A stretch of DNA of 64,000 nt from Candidatus Woesearchaeota archaeon. Lineage in GTDB: Archaea > Nanobdellota > Nanobdellia > Woesearchaeales > GW2011-AR15. The position numbers and the translations under genes are program-made. The notes under the pieces were generated by a model. It worked only from the letters and a program-made list of their open reading frames with translations, was not told where the DNA came from and ran no database searches. Location of the stretch: contig JAVZBY010000003.1 in the NCBI GenBank assembly GCA_038874655.1, positions 41,808 to 105,807 of the forward strand, read 5' to 3'. Each line of letters opens with the position of its first letter. Positions within the stretch are counted from its first letter, which is position 1. This document shows positions 1-10,495 of the stretch, piece after piece.

Positions 1-277
1 ATTCATTAAACTTTTTTTCTAGATAATATTCTAACTGCTCATCCAAATAATTAAGACCATATCTCTCTATTGTTTTTTCTGTTGAAATTTTTAAACATTG
101 TTGAACAGAAAACTCAAATGAATTCTTTAATGCTGTAAAATCAAAATTTCGGTTATTTTGAGTTGCTTTTTTAAATAATGCTCTATTAAATAATATGAAC
201 AATAGTAAAATAAACAAACCTATAATTATAAATAAGGTTATTTGAGTTTTTTTGTTAAATATTTTTTTAGTGGACAT
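1..277 (-). CDS. Class III (pilin-like) signal peptide protein, 3' end runs off the window
   Basis: Not in the ORF track. Manual translation from ATG at 277: MSTKKIFNKKTQITLFIIIGLFILLLFILF..., open to position 1. Same KKxQ-IxxFIIIG start as the ORFs at 6621, 34897 and 59713. Confidence 0.8.
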   Translation of the reverse strand, partial: MSTKKIFNKKTQITLFIIIGLFILLLFILFNRALFKKATQNNRNFDFTALKNSFEFSVQQCLKISTEKTIERYGLNYLDEQLEYYLEKKFNE

Positions 278-321
278 AATAATATTAAACAACAACTTAT
301 TAAAATAACTTATTAAAAACA

Positions 322-1884
322 TTAATTAAAATTTATACCATGAAACTCTTTTTCTTCAATTTTCTTTTGAAAATTTTTCTCGTATTTTCTTACAAAATCC
401 TCAAACAACGGAATCTTAACTGGAATTGCAAATTTTGAAAAATTACTAGTTATGATTGCTTCTCCTTTATCTAATGAAGCTATTGTTCTAGAATCATTGC
501 TTAAATCTTGTGCTGCTGATTCTATTATTGCTTGTCTTTCTGGTTGCATTTCAATTCCTAATATAATTTTTGTGTTCATATTTGCTAAAATTTCTCTTGG
601 AATTAGAGAGGGTAATTGTGTTATTGCTGTTAGTCCTATTTTAAATTTTCTACCTTCTCTGGCAATTGTAGAAAATATATTAGGCCCAGTTTCTAAAACC
701 TCTTTGCCTAAAACTCTTGGCGCTTCTTCAAGAATAATATTAATAACAGGTTTATTCTTCAATTCTCCACTAGATTTATACATTTTATATCTGTTAAAAA
801 TTTCTGTTGTAATTAAACTACCAACTAAGATTTCTATATTTCCCGAAAAATTAGAAGTATCTATAATAACAATTTTTCCTTTTTCTAATTCATTGCAAAT
901 ATCATTGATAGTTGTTTGACCTAAATTTAAATCAAATATTCCTTTAGGATATATTTTAAAAGGCTCTACATCAATATCTAATAATTGAGATAATTTTCTT
1001 TTTAAAACAGCTAAAGTAGATTCATTAACAACTGTATCTGTTTCTTTTTCTAACAACAAAGATTCAATCCAATTTTCATTATACTTTCTATAATAGACAT
1101 TAATGGCTTCTTTTTGTGCTGTTGTTAATTCCAGAGAACCATCAAAATGATAGGGCATTAATTGCTTTAAATTAATTTTTAATGTTCTTTGTCCAGGGGG
1201 TACATTATTAGGTGTATAATATACTAATTTTTTATTTGGATGATCTTTCAAGCCTATTTTATTTCTACCAAAATATTCATCATGGGGGTCCAAAACTAAA
1301 ACACCTGCATAATCTTTATCCATTAAATCCCATAACATAACATAAGTTAAATTACTTTTTCCTCTACCTGTTGTTGCTGGTATCAAGATATGATGACTCA
1401 AAACATCATCCCCTTTCAAATAAATTGGGACATCTAAAACTTTTGAACCACTTCTAAGATAACCAAAAAAAAGAGAATTTTCAGGTTTTGTTAGAAACTT
1501 TAAATCTTCACTATTAATCTCTCTTAATTCTGAAAAAAAATCTGGTAAATTTTTAGCTAAACTTATTTTATTATCCTCAATAACTAACATATTTTTTAAT
1601 TTTGCTAGATTATAACTTCTAAGTTTTTCATCCATAAAATATAGATCAGAATTTTCTTCTAATTTTAAACCACTGATTAACTCTAAATTTTCTGAAGAAA
1701 TTTGACTACCATAAATTAGATCATATACTTGAAAAATTGTTTTATGCTTATTTTTATTTTCTGCTATTAGTAATTCTCCTATTTCAATTCTTTCATCAGA
1801 TTTTTGTCTTGCTATAATTTCTCCGAACTTTCCAGAAATAATAATTCCTTTGCAATTTTTAGAATTTTTCATAAAAATAAACAA
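322..1884 (-). CDS. herA: HerA/FtsK-family (DUF87) ATPase/helicase
   Basis: N-terminal HAS-barrel-like region, [13 protein letters not shown] Walker A variant, LDPHDEY, ILEEAP Walker B, AREGRKF and ITQLPS motifs. True start is probably ATG at 1872. Confidence 0.8.
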   Translation of the reverse strand: MFIFMKNSKNCKGIIISGKFGEIIARQKSDERIEIGELLIAENKNKHKTIFQVYDLIYGSQISSENLELISGLKLEENSDLYFMDEKLRSYNLAKLKNMLVIEDNKISLAKNLPDFFSELREINSEDLKFLTKPENSLFFGYLRSGSKVLDVPIYLKGDDVLSHHILIPATTGRGKSNLTYVMLWDLMDKDYAGVLVLDPHDEYFGRNKIGLKDHPNKKLVYYTPNNVPPGQRTLKINLKQLMPYHFDGSLELTTAQKEAINVYYRKYNENWIESLLLEKETDTVVNESTLAVLKRKLSQLLDIDVEPFKIYPKGIFDLNLGQTTINDICNELEKGKIVIIDTSNFSGNIEILVGSLITTEIFNRYKMYKSSGELKNKPVINIILEEAPRVLGKEVLETGPNIFSTIAREGRKFKIGLTAITQLPSLIPREILANMNTKIILGIEMQPERQAIIESAAQDLSNDSRTIASLDKGEAIITSNFSKFAIPVKIPLFEDFVRKYEKNFQKKIEEKEFHGINFN

Positions 1885-1983
1885 AAAAAAGCAACTTTAA
1901 AAATTTTTATAAAAACAAGTAAAAACAAAAAAATTAATAAAAGAAAAAAAGAAAGAGTAAATAAAAATTTTTAAACAAATTCT

Positions 1984-2217
1984 TTATTTTCTGCCTCTAG
2001 CCATCTTTGCTCTAGAGACATCTCCTTTTGAATCAACAAAGTATAGATAGCCTTTTTCTTTTTTAACTCCTACTTTTGCTACTTTTTCAACTTTTTGTTT
2101 TCCTTTTTTTCTTCCTCCTCTAGCCATTTTTGCTCTAGAGATATCTCCTTGCTTATCTACAAAATATAGATAGCCATCTTCTTTTTTAACTCCTACTTTT
2201 GCTACTTTTTCAGCCAT
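1984..2217 (-). CDS. Small basic tandem-repeat protein, candidate nucleoid/nucleic-acid-binding protein
   Basis: 77 aa, K/R-rich, two 32-aa repeats (28/32 identical), strong SD AGGAGGT at 2230-2224. Confidence 0.75.
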   Translation of the reverse strand: MAEKVAKVGVKKEDGYLYFVDKQGDISRAKMARGGRKKGKQKVEKVAKVGVKKEKGYLYFVDSKGDVSRAKMARGRK

Positions 2218-2223
2218 TTTTTA

Positions 2224-2302
2224 ACCTCCTTTAACATTTCATTGGTGAGAATTAAAAGAATGTCTCCCCACCGAGTATAATATAGAATAACAACTATATA
2301 AA
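2224..2302 (-). promoter_or_regulatory. TATA box, 5' leader hairpin and SD of the 77-aa gene
   Basis: TTTATATA at 2302-2295. GGUGGGGA (2272-2265) can pair with UUCUCACC (2251-2244). SD at 2230-2224. Confidence 0.55.
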
Positions 2303-2345
2303 TCTTACGATTTTGTAGACGAATAATATAAAAAAATTATAAAGA

Positions 2346-3032
2346 TTAAGATATTTCTATCTTCAAAGCTTCTTTAATTTCATCCTCAGAAACAGAACAG
2401 CCATTTAATTTAATCCCCCATAAAAGCCCTTCTAATAAAGTTCTTTTTGAATTAGGTAATTTTAAATAATATTCTTTAAACAACCCCATTTCATATGCTA
2501 TTAAAACTATCTCAAATGTTCTAATTATAGTTAAATTAACTATTTTTTTAAAATCCTTAATTTTTTGTTCATCTGCTTTTACAACTAAATGAAGTTTATT
2601 TTCTAATCTCTCATGCACTAAATTTGGATTTTCAACTAAATTTCTAGTAATAAACTCGTCTATAACTATTGCGTCAGAATTTAAAACTAATGCTGCTGCA
2701 ATAGTTTCTATTTCTGCATAATGAGCAATTTTTATAAAGTTATCGTGCGCTTTAAAAAACGAATTTATTTCATTAAAAAGAAAATTTGCCTTATATTTTA
2801 TTTTATTATCATCTACTAACTTTATAATTCCTTCCTCTAAAAGCTTTAATATTTGTATTGCCTCATATTTAAATTTCTTTGATTCCAAAGGTTTATCAAT
2901 CACTTCTCTTTTAACTGATTTTGTTATAAAAAATTCTCCTTTAAATTGTTCTTTTAGTGGTTTTAAAATCCACAATAAATTATTCAATGAAAGTGTAATT
3001 AAAGGTCCTGTGTCAAAAACTAAAGATTTCAT
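2346..3032 (-). CDS. PIN-domain (DUF3368-like) protein
   Basis: N-terminal LVFDTGPLI, ITKSVKRE, AEIETIAAA and IVIDE acidic motifs of the PIN fold. SD GTGAGGT upstream. Confidence 0.7.
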   Translation of the reverse strand: MKSLVFDTGPLITLSLNNLLWILKPLKEQFKGEFFITKSVKREVIDKPLESKKFKYEAIQILKLLEEGIIKLVDDNKIKYKANFLFNEINSFFKAHDNFIKIAHYAEIETIAAALVLNSDAIVIDEFITRNLVENPNLVHERLENKLHLVVKADEQKIKDFKKIVNLTIIRTFEIVLIAYEMGLFKEYYLKLPNSKRTLLEGLLWGIKLNGCSVSEDEIKEALKIEIS

Positions 3033-3052
3033 ATGACCTCACTAATGATAAT

Positions 3053-3070
3053 TTTCATTTTAAAATGAAA
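3053..3070. promoter_or_regulatory. Perfect 18-bp palindrome between the HTH gene and the PIN gene
   Basis: TTTCATTTTAAAATGAAA, extending imperfectly to about 3045-3076. Confidence 0.45.
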
Positions 3071-3085
3071 TTACATTTATCTTAT

Positions 3086-3625
3086 TTATAAATTAAATAT
3101 TGCTCTTGCTTTTTTCATTCTATCTTGTACATTTGTCTTATTTTTATAAGTTTCAATTATAGGTGTTTTACCGACATAATCCATTAAATCCCATAGAGAT
3201 ATGCCCAATGCATCAGCAACTTGTCCTAATGAAATACCATGTTCAAACATTCTTGATGCTTTTTTTATTTGTGCTTTTTCTAATGCTTCTTTTATATAAC
3301 TTTTTATGTAAGAATCTTTTTTGGACAAATCCTTAATTATACTTTTCAATTCATTTTCATAATTAGAATTTGAACCATTTTCTAAATAAGTTAATGCATT
3401 TTTAAATTTTACAATAATTAAATCTGAGATATCATTATATTTATAGAGTTTTGACAAAGCATAAATTATAACTGCAATTGTCAAAGTATCCTTATCTTGA
3501 AAAATAGATGCATTATGTATAACATGATCACTTAACTCTCTTAATTTAAACAATTCTTTTTTTTCTACAATGGAGATTGCTTCATTTAACACATTAAGAA
3601 TATCTTTTTTCACAATAGGATTCAT
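3086..3625 (-). CDS. Helical protein with C-terminal UPF0175-like HTH, likely partner of the PIN protein
   Basis: C-terminal GISLGQVADALGISLWDLMDYV motif. Start moved to MNPIVKK (3625) because the upstream extension to 3673 is low-complexity. Confidence 0.65.
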   Translation of the reverse strand: MNPIVKKDILNVLNEAISIVEKKELFKLRELSDHVIHNASIFQDKDTLTIAVIIYALSKLYKYNDISDLIIVKFKNALTYLENGSNSNYENELKSIIKDLSKKDSYIKSYIKEALEKAQIKKASRMFEHGISLGQVADALGISLWDLMDYVGKTPIIETYKNKTNVQDRMKKARAIFNL

Positions 3626-3812
3626 AAATATAAAAAAAATTATAAAGTATAAAAAACTTGTGATATATCTCAATAATACAAATTATATACCCCAATTTAA
3701 ACTAATGGTTGATAAACATATTAAATTAAGAAAAAGTTTTTAAACCTTATATAGAATAAAAAAGATAATAAATTAAAAATTATAAAACTGGTTAAAATAA
3801 ATAGAGGAAAAA

Positions 3813-4412
3813 ATGGCTATTTTTAATAACAGCATAAATTTTTATATAATTGCTCTTTTATCTTATAGTGGACTAATATTTGGCTTAATTATAAGTAAGC
3901 ATTGCGAAGAAGAGCTTGAAAATGCTCAATTTTTCTTTAGGTATATTAAAGTTTTTATCTTATCAATTATGATAAGTTTATGGATATTTTTTATCATGAA
4001 CAATTTATTAATCTCAATTTTTATTCTTTTTTCAGTTTTTGTTTTTCTATTAGTTCTTATGAATCTTAATTTTTTAAATAAAAAGAATATAAAAATAAAA
4101 GCTAATTATTCAAAATCTAAGAAATCAACTGAACAAAAGGAAAATAAAAAATATCTTATCGAAGAAAATTATAGACTACAAACTTATTTAGATAATTTTT
4201 TATATATATATTCTGGTTTTGTTTTATTTAATACCTTTAAAAACGAAGTTAGTCTAATTGTTGCATTATTAATATTTTTTTATAGTCTTATTGTTTCCTC
4301 TTCATTGTACTATTATCTAAAAGAAATTAATTTATTTGAAAAAATAATATTCATATTAAAAAACAACATATTGTTTTTTCTAACAATCCTAATTTTAGAA
4401 ATAATCTTTTAG
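3813..4412 (+). CDS. Hypothetical multi-pass membrane protein
   Basis: About 5-6 hydrophobic segments, SD-like AGAGGA upstream. Confidence 0.6.
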   Translation: MAIFNNSINFYIIALLSYSGLIFGLIISKHCEEELENAQFFFRYIKVFILSIMISLWIFFIMNNLLISIFILFSVFVFLLVLMNLNFLNKKNIKIKANYSKSKKSTEQKENKKYLIEENYRLQTYLDNFLYIYSGFVLFNTFKNEVSLIVALLIFFYSLIVSSSLYYYLKEINLFEKIIFILKNNILFFLTILILEIIF

Positions 4413-4505
4413 ATTTATAGACAAAATTCTAAACTAAAAAATAAATAACATAAAATATATCAGTAAATAAAATATATATGACTTGTGTATAAAAATATAG
4501 AAATA

Positions 4506-4958
4506 TTAAAAGTAATAATAAACTAAATTACCACTAAAAATTCCAATTAAAATACCAACTATCACTTGTAAAGGCGTATGCCCAATAAACTCATATAATT
4601 TCTCTGGCTTGATATTTTTATTTTTAAATAACTCTGATATGATTTCATTAAGCACTTTGGCTTGTTTTCCTGCTGCCCTTCTTACTCCTAATGCATCTGC
4701 TATTACTATACAACTAACAATAAAAGACACTACAAATAAATTAGAAAACCCTTCTAACAAATATAAAATAGAGGTCATTGCAGTTACTGTTGCAGAATGC
4801 GAACTTGGCATACCTCCTGTTTTTAAGAAAAGTTTTATATCTAGCACTTTATTAATTATTAAATGAAATAAAACTTTAAGAAAACCTGCTATCAGATAAG
4901 CTACTAAAACACTTAATATAATCTTATTTTTAATAAGTTCAAAAAAAAAATCTGTCAT
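4506..4958 (-). CDS. Divergent PAP2 family protein (DUF212)
   Basis: TGGMPSSHSA, DALGVRRAAGKQA and GHTPLQV motifs. Confidence 0.9.
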   Translation of the reverse strand: MTDFFFELIKNKIILSVLVAYLIAGFLKVLFHLIINKVLDIKLFLKTGGMPSSHSATVTAMTSILYLLEGFSNLFVVSFIVSCIVIADALGVRRAAGKQAKVLNEIISELFKNKNIKPEKLYEFIGHTPLQVIVGILIGIFSGNLVYYYF

Positions 4959-5236
4959 AAAATAAATAAAATTAAAATAATATAAAAATTTTTTTAAGTT
5001 AAATTATTAGTTTAAAAAATAATTTAATGACATAGATAAAAAATAATAATTTGCGAAAAATAATAGGAAACTATTTTAAAAAGTATATATTTATTTAATA
5101 AAAAAATAAAGAAAATTTTCAAAAAATCCAAAAGAATATTTTTTTAAGAAGATTCATATTATAATTGCTAATTTGTATTAAATAAATATAATCTAAAATT
5201 AAAGTAAATATAATTAAAATTAAAGGATGTAAAAAG

Positions 5237-6592
5237 ATGATAAAAAAAACAAAAGATAAAAAAATACTAGATATTCTTGAAAAGATAAAAAAAGAGATTA
5301 CACCTGATATTGAAATAATAAAAAATATTGATTCTTTTGTAGATAAACTAAATTCTTACTTTAAATCAAAGAATCTCAAAATAAAATGTATTAAAGGTGG
5401 AAGTATTGCAAAGGGAACATTTCTTAAAGATGATTTTGATGTTGATTTATTTATCAAATTTGATTATAGCTATAAAAATGAAAACATATCTTCTATATTA
5501 GAAAAATCTTTATTAGAACAAAAAATAAAATATGAAAAAATACATGGAAGCAGAGATTATTTTATAGTCAAATTTTCAATAAAAGATAAAAACCTAACTT
5601 TTGAAGAAAATCATTTTAGCAAAAAGATTTTGTGTTATGAATTGGTGCCTGTATTAGACATAAAAAATCCTGAAAAAGCAATAAATGTTACTGATATGAG
5701 TCCTTTACATGTTTCATGGGTTAAAAAAAATTTAAAAAAAGGACAAGAAGATGAAATAAGATTAGCAAAAAAATTTTGTAAAGGCATTAATGTCTATGGT
5801 GCTGAATCTTATATTAATGGCTTTTCAGGACATGTTATTGACATTCTTATAATTTATTATGGAAGTTTTCTAAAATTATTAAAAGAATCAATAAAATGGA
5901 AACCTAAGGTGATAATTGATCCTGAAAAACACTTTAAATCAAAAGACGATGTGCTTTTTAATCTAAATAAAGCAAAAACAACAGGACCTTTAATTATAGT
6001 AGATCCGATATTAAAATATAGAAATGCAGCTGCAAGTTTATCCTATGAAAAATTTAATCTTTTCATAGAAAAAGCAAAAGAATTTCTAGAAAATCCTAGT
6101 GAAGATTATTTCAAAGAAAAATCTATACAAGAAATAATAAATGAAAAAATAAAAGAACAGAATAAAATTACTATAGTAGAAATGAAAATAATAGACCAAG
6201 ATTTAAAAAAAGAAAGATATAAAGAAATTTTGTATGCTAAAATTTTAAAAACACATAATTATCTAAAAGACGAATTAATAAAAAAAGGATTTAAAATAGT
6301 AGATAGTAATTGGGGTACATCAGTTAATCAAAAAGAGCTCATAATAACCCTATTTTATATTTCAGAAAACCTTGAATTAAAATCTGAAAAACTAATAAAA
6401 GGACCTATGCTTAACATGAAAGAACATGTTGAAAGATTTAAAAATAAATATATAAAAACCTATGTCAAAGATGATTGCATATATGCAATAGCAAAAATAA
6501 ATAAAGTAAAAATAACAGATAATATAAAAGAAATATTCAATAAATCTTATTATAAAAAATATTTTATAATTACTGGTATTAAAACAATTTAA
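5237..6592 (+). CDS. cca: Archaeal class I CCA-adding tRNA nucleotidyltransferase
   Basis: GGSIAKGTFL..DFDVDLF NTase motif, DMSPLH, YGAE..GFSG and DP..RNAAASLS motifs. Confidence 0.9.
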   Translation: MIKKTKDKKILDILEKIKKEITPDIEIIKNIDSFVDKLNSYFKSKNLKIKCIKGGSIAKGTFLKDDFDVDLFIKFDYSYKNENISSILEKSLLEQKIKYEKIHGSRDYFIVKFSIKDKNLTFEENHFSKKILCYELVPVLDIKNPEKAINVTDMSPLHVSWVKKNLKKGQEDEIRLAKKFCKGINVYGAESYINGFSGHVIDILIIYYGSFLKLLKESIKWKPKVIIDPEKHFKSKDDVLFNLNKAKTTGPLIIVDPILKYRNAAASLSYEKFNLFIEKAKEFLENPSEDYFKEKSIQEIINEKIKEQNKITIVEMKIIDQDLKKERYKEILYAKILKTHNYLKDELIKKGFKIVDSNWGTSVNQKELIITLFYISENLELKSEKLIKGPMLNMKEHVERFKNKYIKTYVKDDCIYAIAKINKVKITDNIKEIFNKSYYKKYFIITGIKTI

Positions 6593-6620
6593 TATAAATA
6601 AATTTATTAAAAATCGATTA

Positions 6621-7385
6621 ATGAGATATAAAAAATTAAAAATGAAAAGTAAAAATAAAAAATCACAAATAAGTATTTTTATTATAATTGGCTTAATAAT
6701 TCTTATAACCACATTATTAATAATAAACTTAACACCTAAAAAAATAAAAATAACAAGTTCTACAAAAAATAACACCATTAAACAAAATTTAGAGAATCCT
6801 GATTATTATTATGTTAAAGATAGATTAGAAAAATGCATAAACAATTTATCCGAAGAAGCAATTTTAAAGATAAGTAATCAAGGATTATTAAATCCAAAAG
6901 AATATATTTCATCAAATAAGATTGTTATTGGCTACTTATACTATGATGGAAAAAAGAATATTCAAAATGAAAAAGAATTATCTAATTCTATAGCAGAATA
7001 TATAAAAAGAAATATTGAAAGTTGTGCAAAAAAAGAATATATTGAAATTGATAAAGACAATATTAATGTTATTATAGTTTTATTAAAAGATGAAATAAAT
7101 ATAAAAGCAGAGTTTTCAGAAAAAATTAACTATAAAAACAAAAAAATAGATATAACTGAAATTTATGTAAATAAAAAATCAAATTTATTAAACTTAGTAA
7201 AAGCAGCTAATAAAATTATTAATAATTTAGATAAAGATGAATGGCTTAATTTAAATGGCATAGATGATGAAAAAATTAAAGTTAATATTATAAAGATCAG
7301 TGAAAAAACCTGGATTTATGAAATAATTCAAATTAATGAAACTGAAAATAATAACTCACTATATAGATTCGCAATTAAATATTAG
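6621..7385 (+). CDS. Class III signal peptide (pilin-like) protein
   Basis: KKSQ/ISIFIIIG followed by a hydrophobic helix. Start may be at 6642. Confidence 0.7.
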   Translation: MRYKKLKMKSKNKKSQISIFIIIGLIILITTLLIINLTPKKIKITSSTKNNTIKQNLENPDYYYVKDRLEKCINNLSEEAILKISNQGLLNPKEYISSNKIVIGYLYYDGKKNIQNEKELSNSIAEYIKRNIESCAKKEYIEIDKDNINVIIVLLKDEINIKAEFSEKINYKNKKIDITEIYVNKKSNLLNLVKAANKIINNLDKDEWLNLNGIDDEKIKVNIIKISEKTWIYEIIQINETENNNSLYRFAIKY

Positions 7386-7391
7386 TTAAAA

Positions 7392-9089
7392 ATGAACAAA
7401 AAAAAATCAACAGAAATAATTAGTAAAAATATAGTTTTATTAATAATATTTAGTTTTATCGCTCTTATATTTATTTTGAAGATATTATCTGTGAGTGCAA
7501 TCCTATCTTTAGATGAAATAAAAAATGTAATAGAAACCGAAACAAATATAGAAATAACAATAAATCCTGAGTTAAGTTCTTATAATATTAATTATAAGGA
7601 AAATATTTTAAAATTTGAAATTGAAAAAAAAGCATTTAAAATATATCTAAAAAACCAAAATATAGATTATGAAAATAGTATTAACCTTCCTAAAAAAATT
7701 ACATTAGACTTTGAGATTCTAGAAAATAAAAAAAATCCAAAAATTATTTTCTATGGAGAAAAAAATAATTACAGCATTATTCAAAAAGATGAAGGAACCA
7801 CAAACATATATTTTGAAATTCCAGAAGAGATAAAAAATAAGAGTGAAATTGATATAAAAAATATAAATAATCTTGATTATGGAATTATATACCTTGTAGA
7901 ACACTATGAACCTGATTTAAGAATTGATGACTCTTCAAGGTTAAATGGAAAAAAAATTCTATCAATAAATATGTATAATAATCCAAAAATATTATTTAAT
8001 GATTCAAAAATAGTTTTATTTCCAAATGAATTAAAGATATCTAAAAAATCATTTGAATATGCTGAATCATTAGAAAATAGTGAGATAAACATTATTAATA
8101 ATAACACAATAAAAAGAATATATAAAAAATCTAATTTAACAATCATAGAAAATGAGATAATAAAATATGATAAAAATTATGATAGAGGATTTACAAGTGA
8201 ACAAGACTATTTAAATGAAGAAAAAATACAAGAATATTCAAAAATATCAAATAATCATAATATTGTAGATGAAGAAAGTTGTAATAAATTTATAAAATTC
8301 AAAAAAAATATTATTATAGATAATGAATTTTTAAATATATATTCTAATGAAAACAAAAATAATTCTTGGGAATTATATGTAATTAATCAAAAAAGAAACA
8401 TAAATAATGATGAATCCATCATATTAAAAGAAAATCTAGACAAAATCATAGAACTAATAAAACAAAGTAATGGAAAAAAATTCATTATTAAAATAGATAA
8501 AAACACTATAAATTTATTCGAAATTATAAAACATATATATAATAATTTAGACACATATGATATTAAAGAAAAAAATAAGGAAATATTTTTTGTTATAATA
8601 GATAAGCCAAATTCTCTAGAAAAGGAAGCAGATAAGGAAATTATTACTTCTGAGGATTATATTAATTTGTTAAAAAACATTTATAATGAAGTTAGCAATA
8701 ATATAAATATAATTATAAGTCCATTAGAACAAAGCAAAGAAAAAATTGATTCCGAAAAAATAATTTTAAACTCAAAAGATTACTATGAAACTATTTTTAA
8801 AAATGAAGATATAATTAATCCGATAAAATATATTGCAATATCTATAAATACTAGTCAATTAGAGGGATTAAATTATTGCATTAATTTAAACACATTATAT
8901 AATAAAGATTATTTTTGTATTGATTCTATTTATGCACATAGAGTTGTTTTAGACATTGCAAAAATATATAATAAAGAACTAAAAGCAATTATATTAATTG
9001 AAACCCAAAATATAAATGAAAGTTTTATAGAGGAATTAAAATCTGATCCTTATGTTGAAGCAGTATTTTTAGATAAAGAGGTTTGTTAA
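7392..9089 (+). CDS. Secreted hypothetical protein, C-terminal region possibly a degenerate TIM-barrel/glycoside-hydrolase-like domain
   Basis: Signal peptide ending ILSVSA, 6 nt downstream of the preceding gene. The domain assignment is weak. Confidence 0.5.
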   Translation: MNKKKSTEIISKNIVLLIIFSFIALIFILKILSVSAILSLDEIKNVIETETNIEITINPELSSYNINYKENILKFEIEKKAFKIYLKNQNIDYENSINLPKKITLDFEILENKKNPKIIFYGEKNNYSIIQKDEGTTNIYFEIPEEIKNKSEIDIKNINNLDYGIIYLVEHYEPDLRIDDSSRLNGKKILSINMYNNPKILFNDSKIVLFPNELKISKKSFEYAESLENSEINIINNNTIKRIYKKSNLTIIENEIIKYDKNYDRGFTSEQDYLNEEKIQEYSKISNNHNIVDEESCNKFIKFKKNIIIDNEFLNIYSNENKNNSWELYVINQKRNINNDESIILKENLDKIIELIKQSNGKKFIIKIDKNTINLFEIIKHIYNNLDTYDIKEKNKEIFFVIIDKPNSLEKEADKEIITSEDYINLLKNIYNEVSNNINIIISPLEQSKEKIDSEKIILNSKDYYETIFKNEDIINPIKYIAISINTSQLEGLNYCINLNTLYNKDYFCIDSIYAHRVVLDIAKIYNKELKAIILIETQNINESFIEELKSDPYVEAVFLDKEVC

Positions 9090-9105
9090 AAATAAAAAAA
9101 TTAAA

Positions 9106-10158
9106 TTATTTTTTCATTTCTATTGTTTGTGTTGGGTATGCAAAATCTATTTTATTTTTTTCAAATTCTTCTTTTATTTTAAAATTAATCTTATCTTTAA
9201 TTTCCCTAACTAATTTAGGTTGGTTTGTTTCAATAAAATACCTAACTTCTAAATCTAAACTATAAGCACCAAAATTAATAAAATTAACTTCGTAATTAAA
9301 TATCAACTTTTCTTTTGATAATATCTCTTGTATTATCTTTTTTGCTTTTTTCATTTTTTCATTGCTAGTGTTATAAACTAAGTTCAATGTCATAATAACA
9401 AGTTTTTGATTTAATCTTTTATGGTTTATAGTTGCTTTTTCTGTTATAAATTTATTAGGAATTGTGATAAATTCACCATTAGGTGTTTTTAATTTTGTAC
9501 TTCTCAAACCAATTTCTACTATTTCACCTTGGACATCACCTATCTGTATATATTCACCAACTTTAAAAGGCTTATCTATAATAATAGTTAATCCTCCAAA
9601 AAAATTACCTAATAAATCTTGTGCCGCTAATGCAAAGGCCAAACCACCAATTCCTAAACCAGCTAAAATACTTGTTACATGATATCCCATATTATCTAAA
9701 ATCATTATTATTGCTACTGCTGTTAATGATATTTTTACTATTTTTCTTATAAGTGGAAATAATAAATCATCCAAGTCTGTTTTAGTTTTTTCTGATAATG
9801 GCATTAAATAATTTACTATCAAAGCATCTATTAATCTAATTATAAGCCATGAAATTGCGGAAATTACTAAAATTTTAAAGATTCGATTAAATATATCATA
9901 TGCCTTTTCTGATAAGTTTAATTGATGATATGCAAAGAAAAACCCAGCAATAACTACTAAAAAAACAATCGGCTCCTCTATCATATCAATTATAATATCA
10001 TCTAATTTTGTTTTTGTTTTGGAAGTAAATTTTTTAATTATGTTAGTAGATATATAATACAATATTCTTCCAACTAAAAATGCTATTGCTATATATGCAA
10101 AAAATAATAAATATTGTTTTATAGTATTTCCAAAATATAAAGTGTCTAAAAAACTCAT
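9106..10158 (-). CDS. mscS: Small-conductance mechanosensitive channel
   Basis: LAGLGIGGLAFALAAQD, KPFKVGEYI, IGLRST, TIPN and FAYPTQTI motifs. Confidence 0.92.
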   Translation of the reverse strand: MSFLDTLYFGNTIKQYLLFFAYIAIAFLVGRILYYISTNIIKKFTSKTKTKLDDIIIDMIEEPIVFLVVIAGFFFAYHQLNLSEKAYDIFNRIFKILVISAISWLIIRLIDALIVNYLMPLSEKTKTDLDDLLFPLIRKIVKISLTAVAIIMILDNMGYHVTSILAGLGIGGLAFALAAQDLLGNFFGGLTIIIDKPFKVGEYIQIGDVQGEIVEIGLRSTKLKTPNGEFITIPNKFITEKATINHKRLNQKLVIMTLNLVYNTSNEKMKKAKKIIQEILSKEKLIFNYEVNFINFGAYSLDLEVRYFIETNQPKLVREIKDKINFKIKEEFEKNKIDFAYPTQTIEMKK

Positions 10159-10399
10159 CTTCTCACCTTTTAAAGATTTTTTAATTATCTATTTAAAACA
10201 TTAATTCATATTTAGTAGTTATCTAATTTTCTTATATATGTTTGTAAATAATGAATTAAAAAAATTATATTTAAATCTATCCAAAATGAAATTAAAAAAT
10301 TCAAAATTAAACTAAATCTTAAGAGAAAGATTATAAAAACATTAAATCTTAGTAAAATATTTAAATAATAACTTATTTAATTTAATATAATTAATTTAC

Positions 10400-10425
10400 T
10401 TAGTTAAATAAGTTAACTTAACTAA
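10400..10425. promoter_or_regulatory. Nested palindromic operator candidate upstream of the RHH gene
   Basis: Perfect TAAGTTAACTTA (10409-10420) overlapping the inverted pair TTAGTTAA (10400-10407) and TTAACTAA (10418-10425). Confidence 0.4.
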
Positions 10426-10495
10426 CTTATTAATTATTAAAATAAAAACAATAATTATTAAAATAAACATAAGATTGTTAAAAAAATAATAAAAA

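Noticed and set aside
322-1884. HerA as part of an anti-phage module or a herA-nurA-mre11-rad50 operon
   Set aside because: No Sir2, nuclease partner, NurA, Mre11 or Rad50 gene is adjacent in this window.
5237-6592. CD-NTase (CBASS) interpretation of the nucleotidyltransferase
   Set aside because: It carries the archaeal CCA-enzyme motifs (YGAE..GFSG, DP..RNAAAS) and has no effector neighbours.
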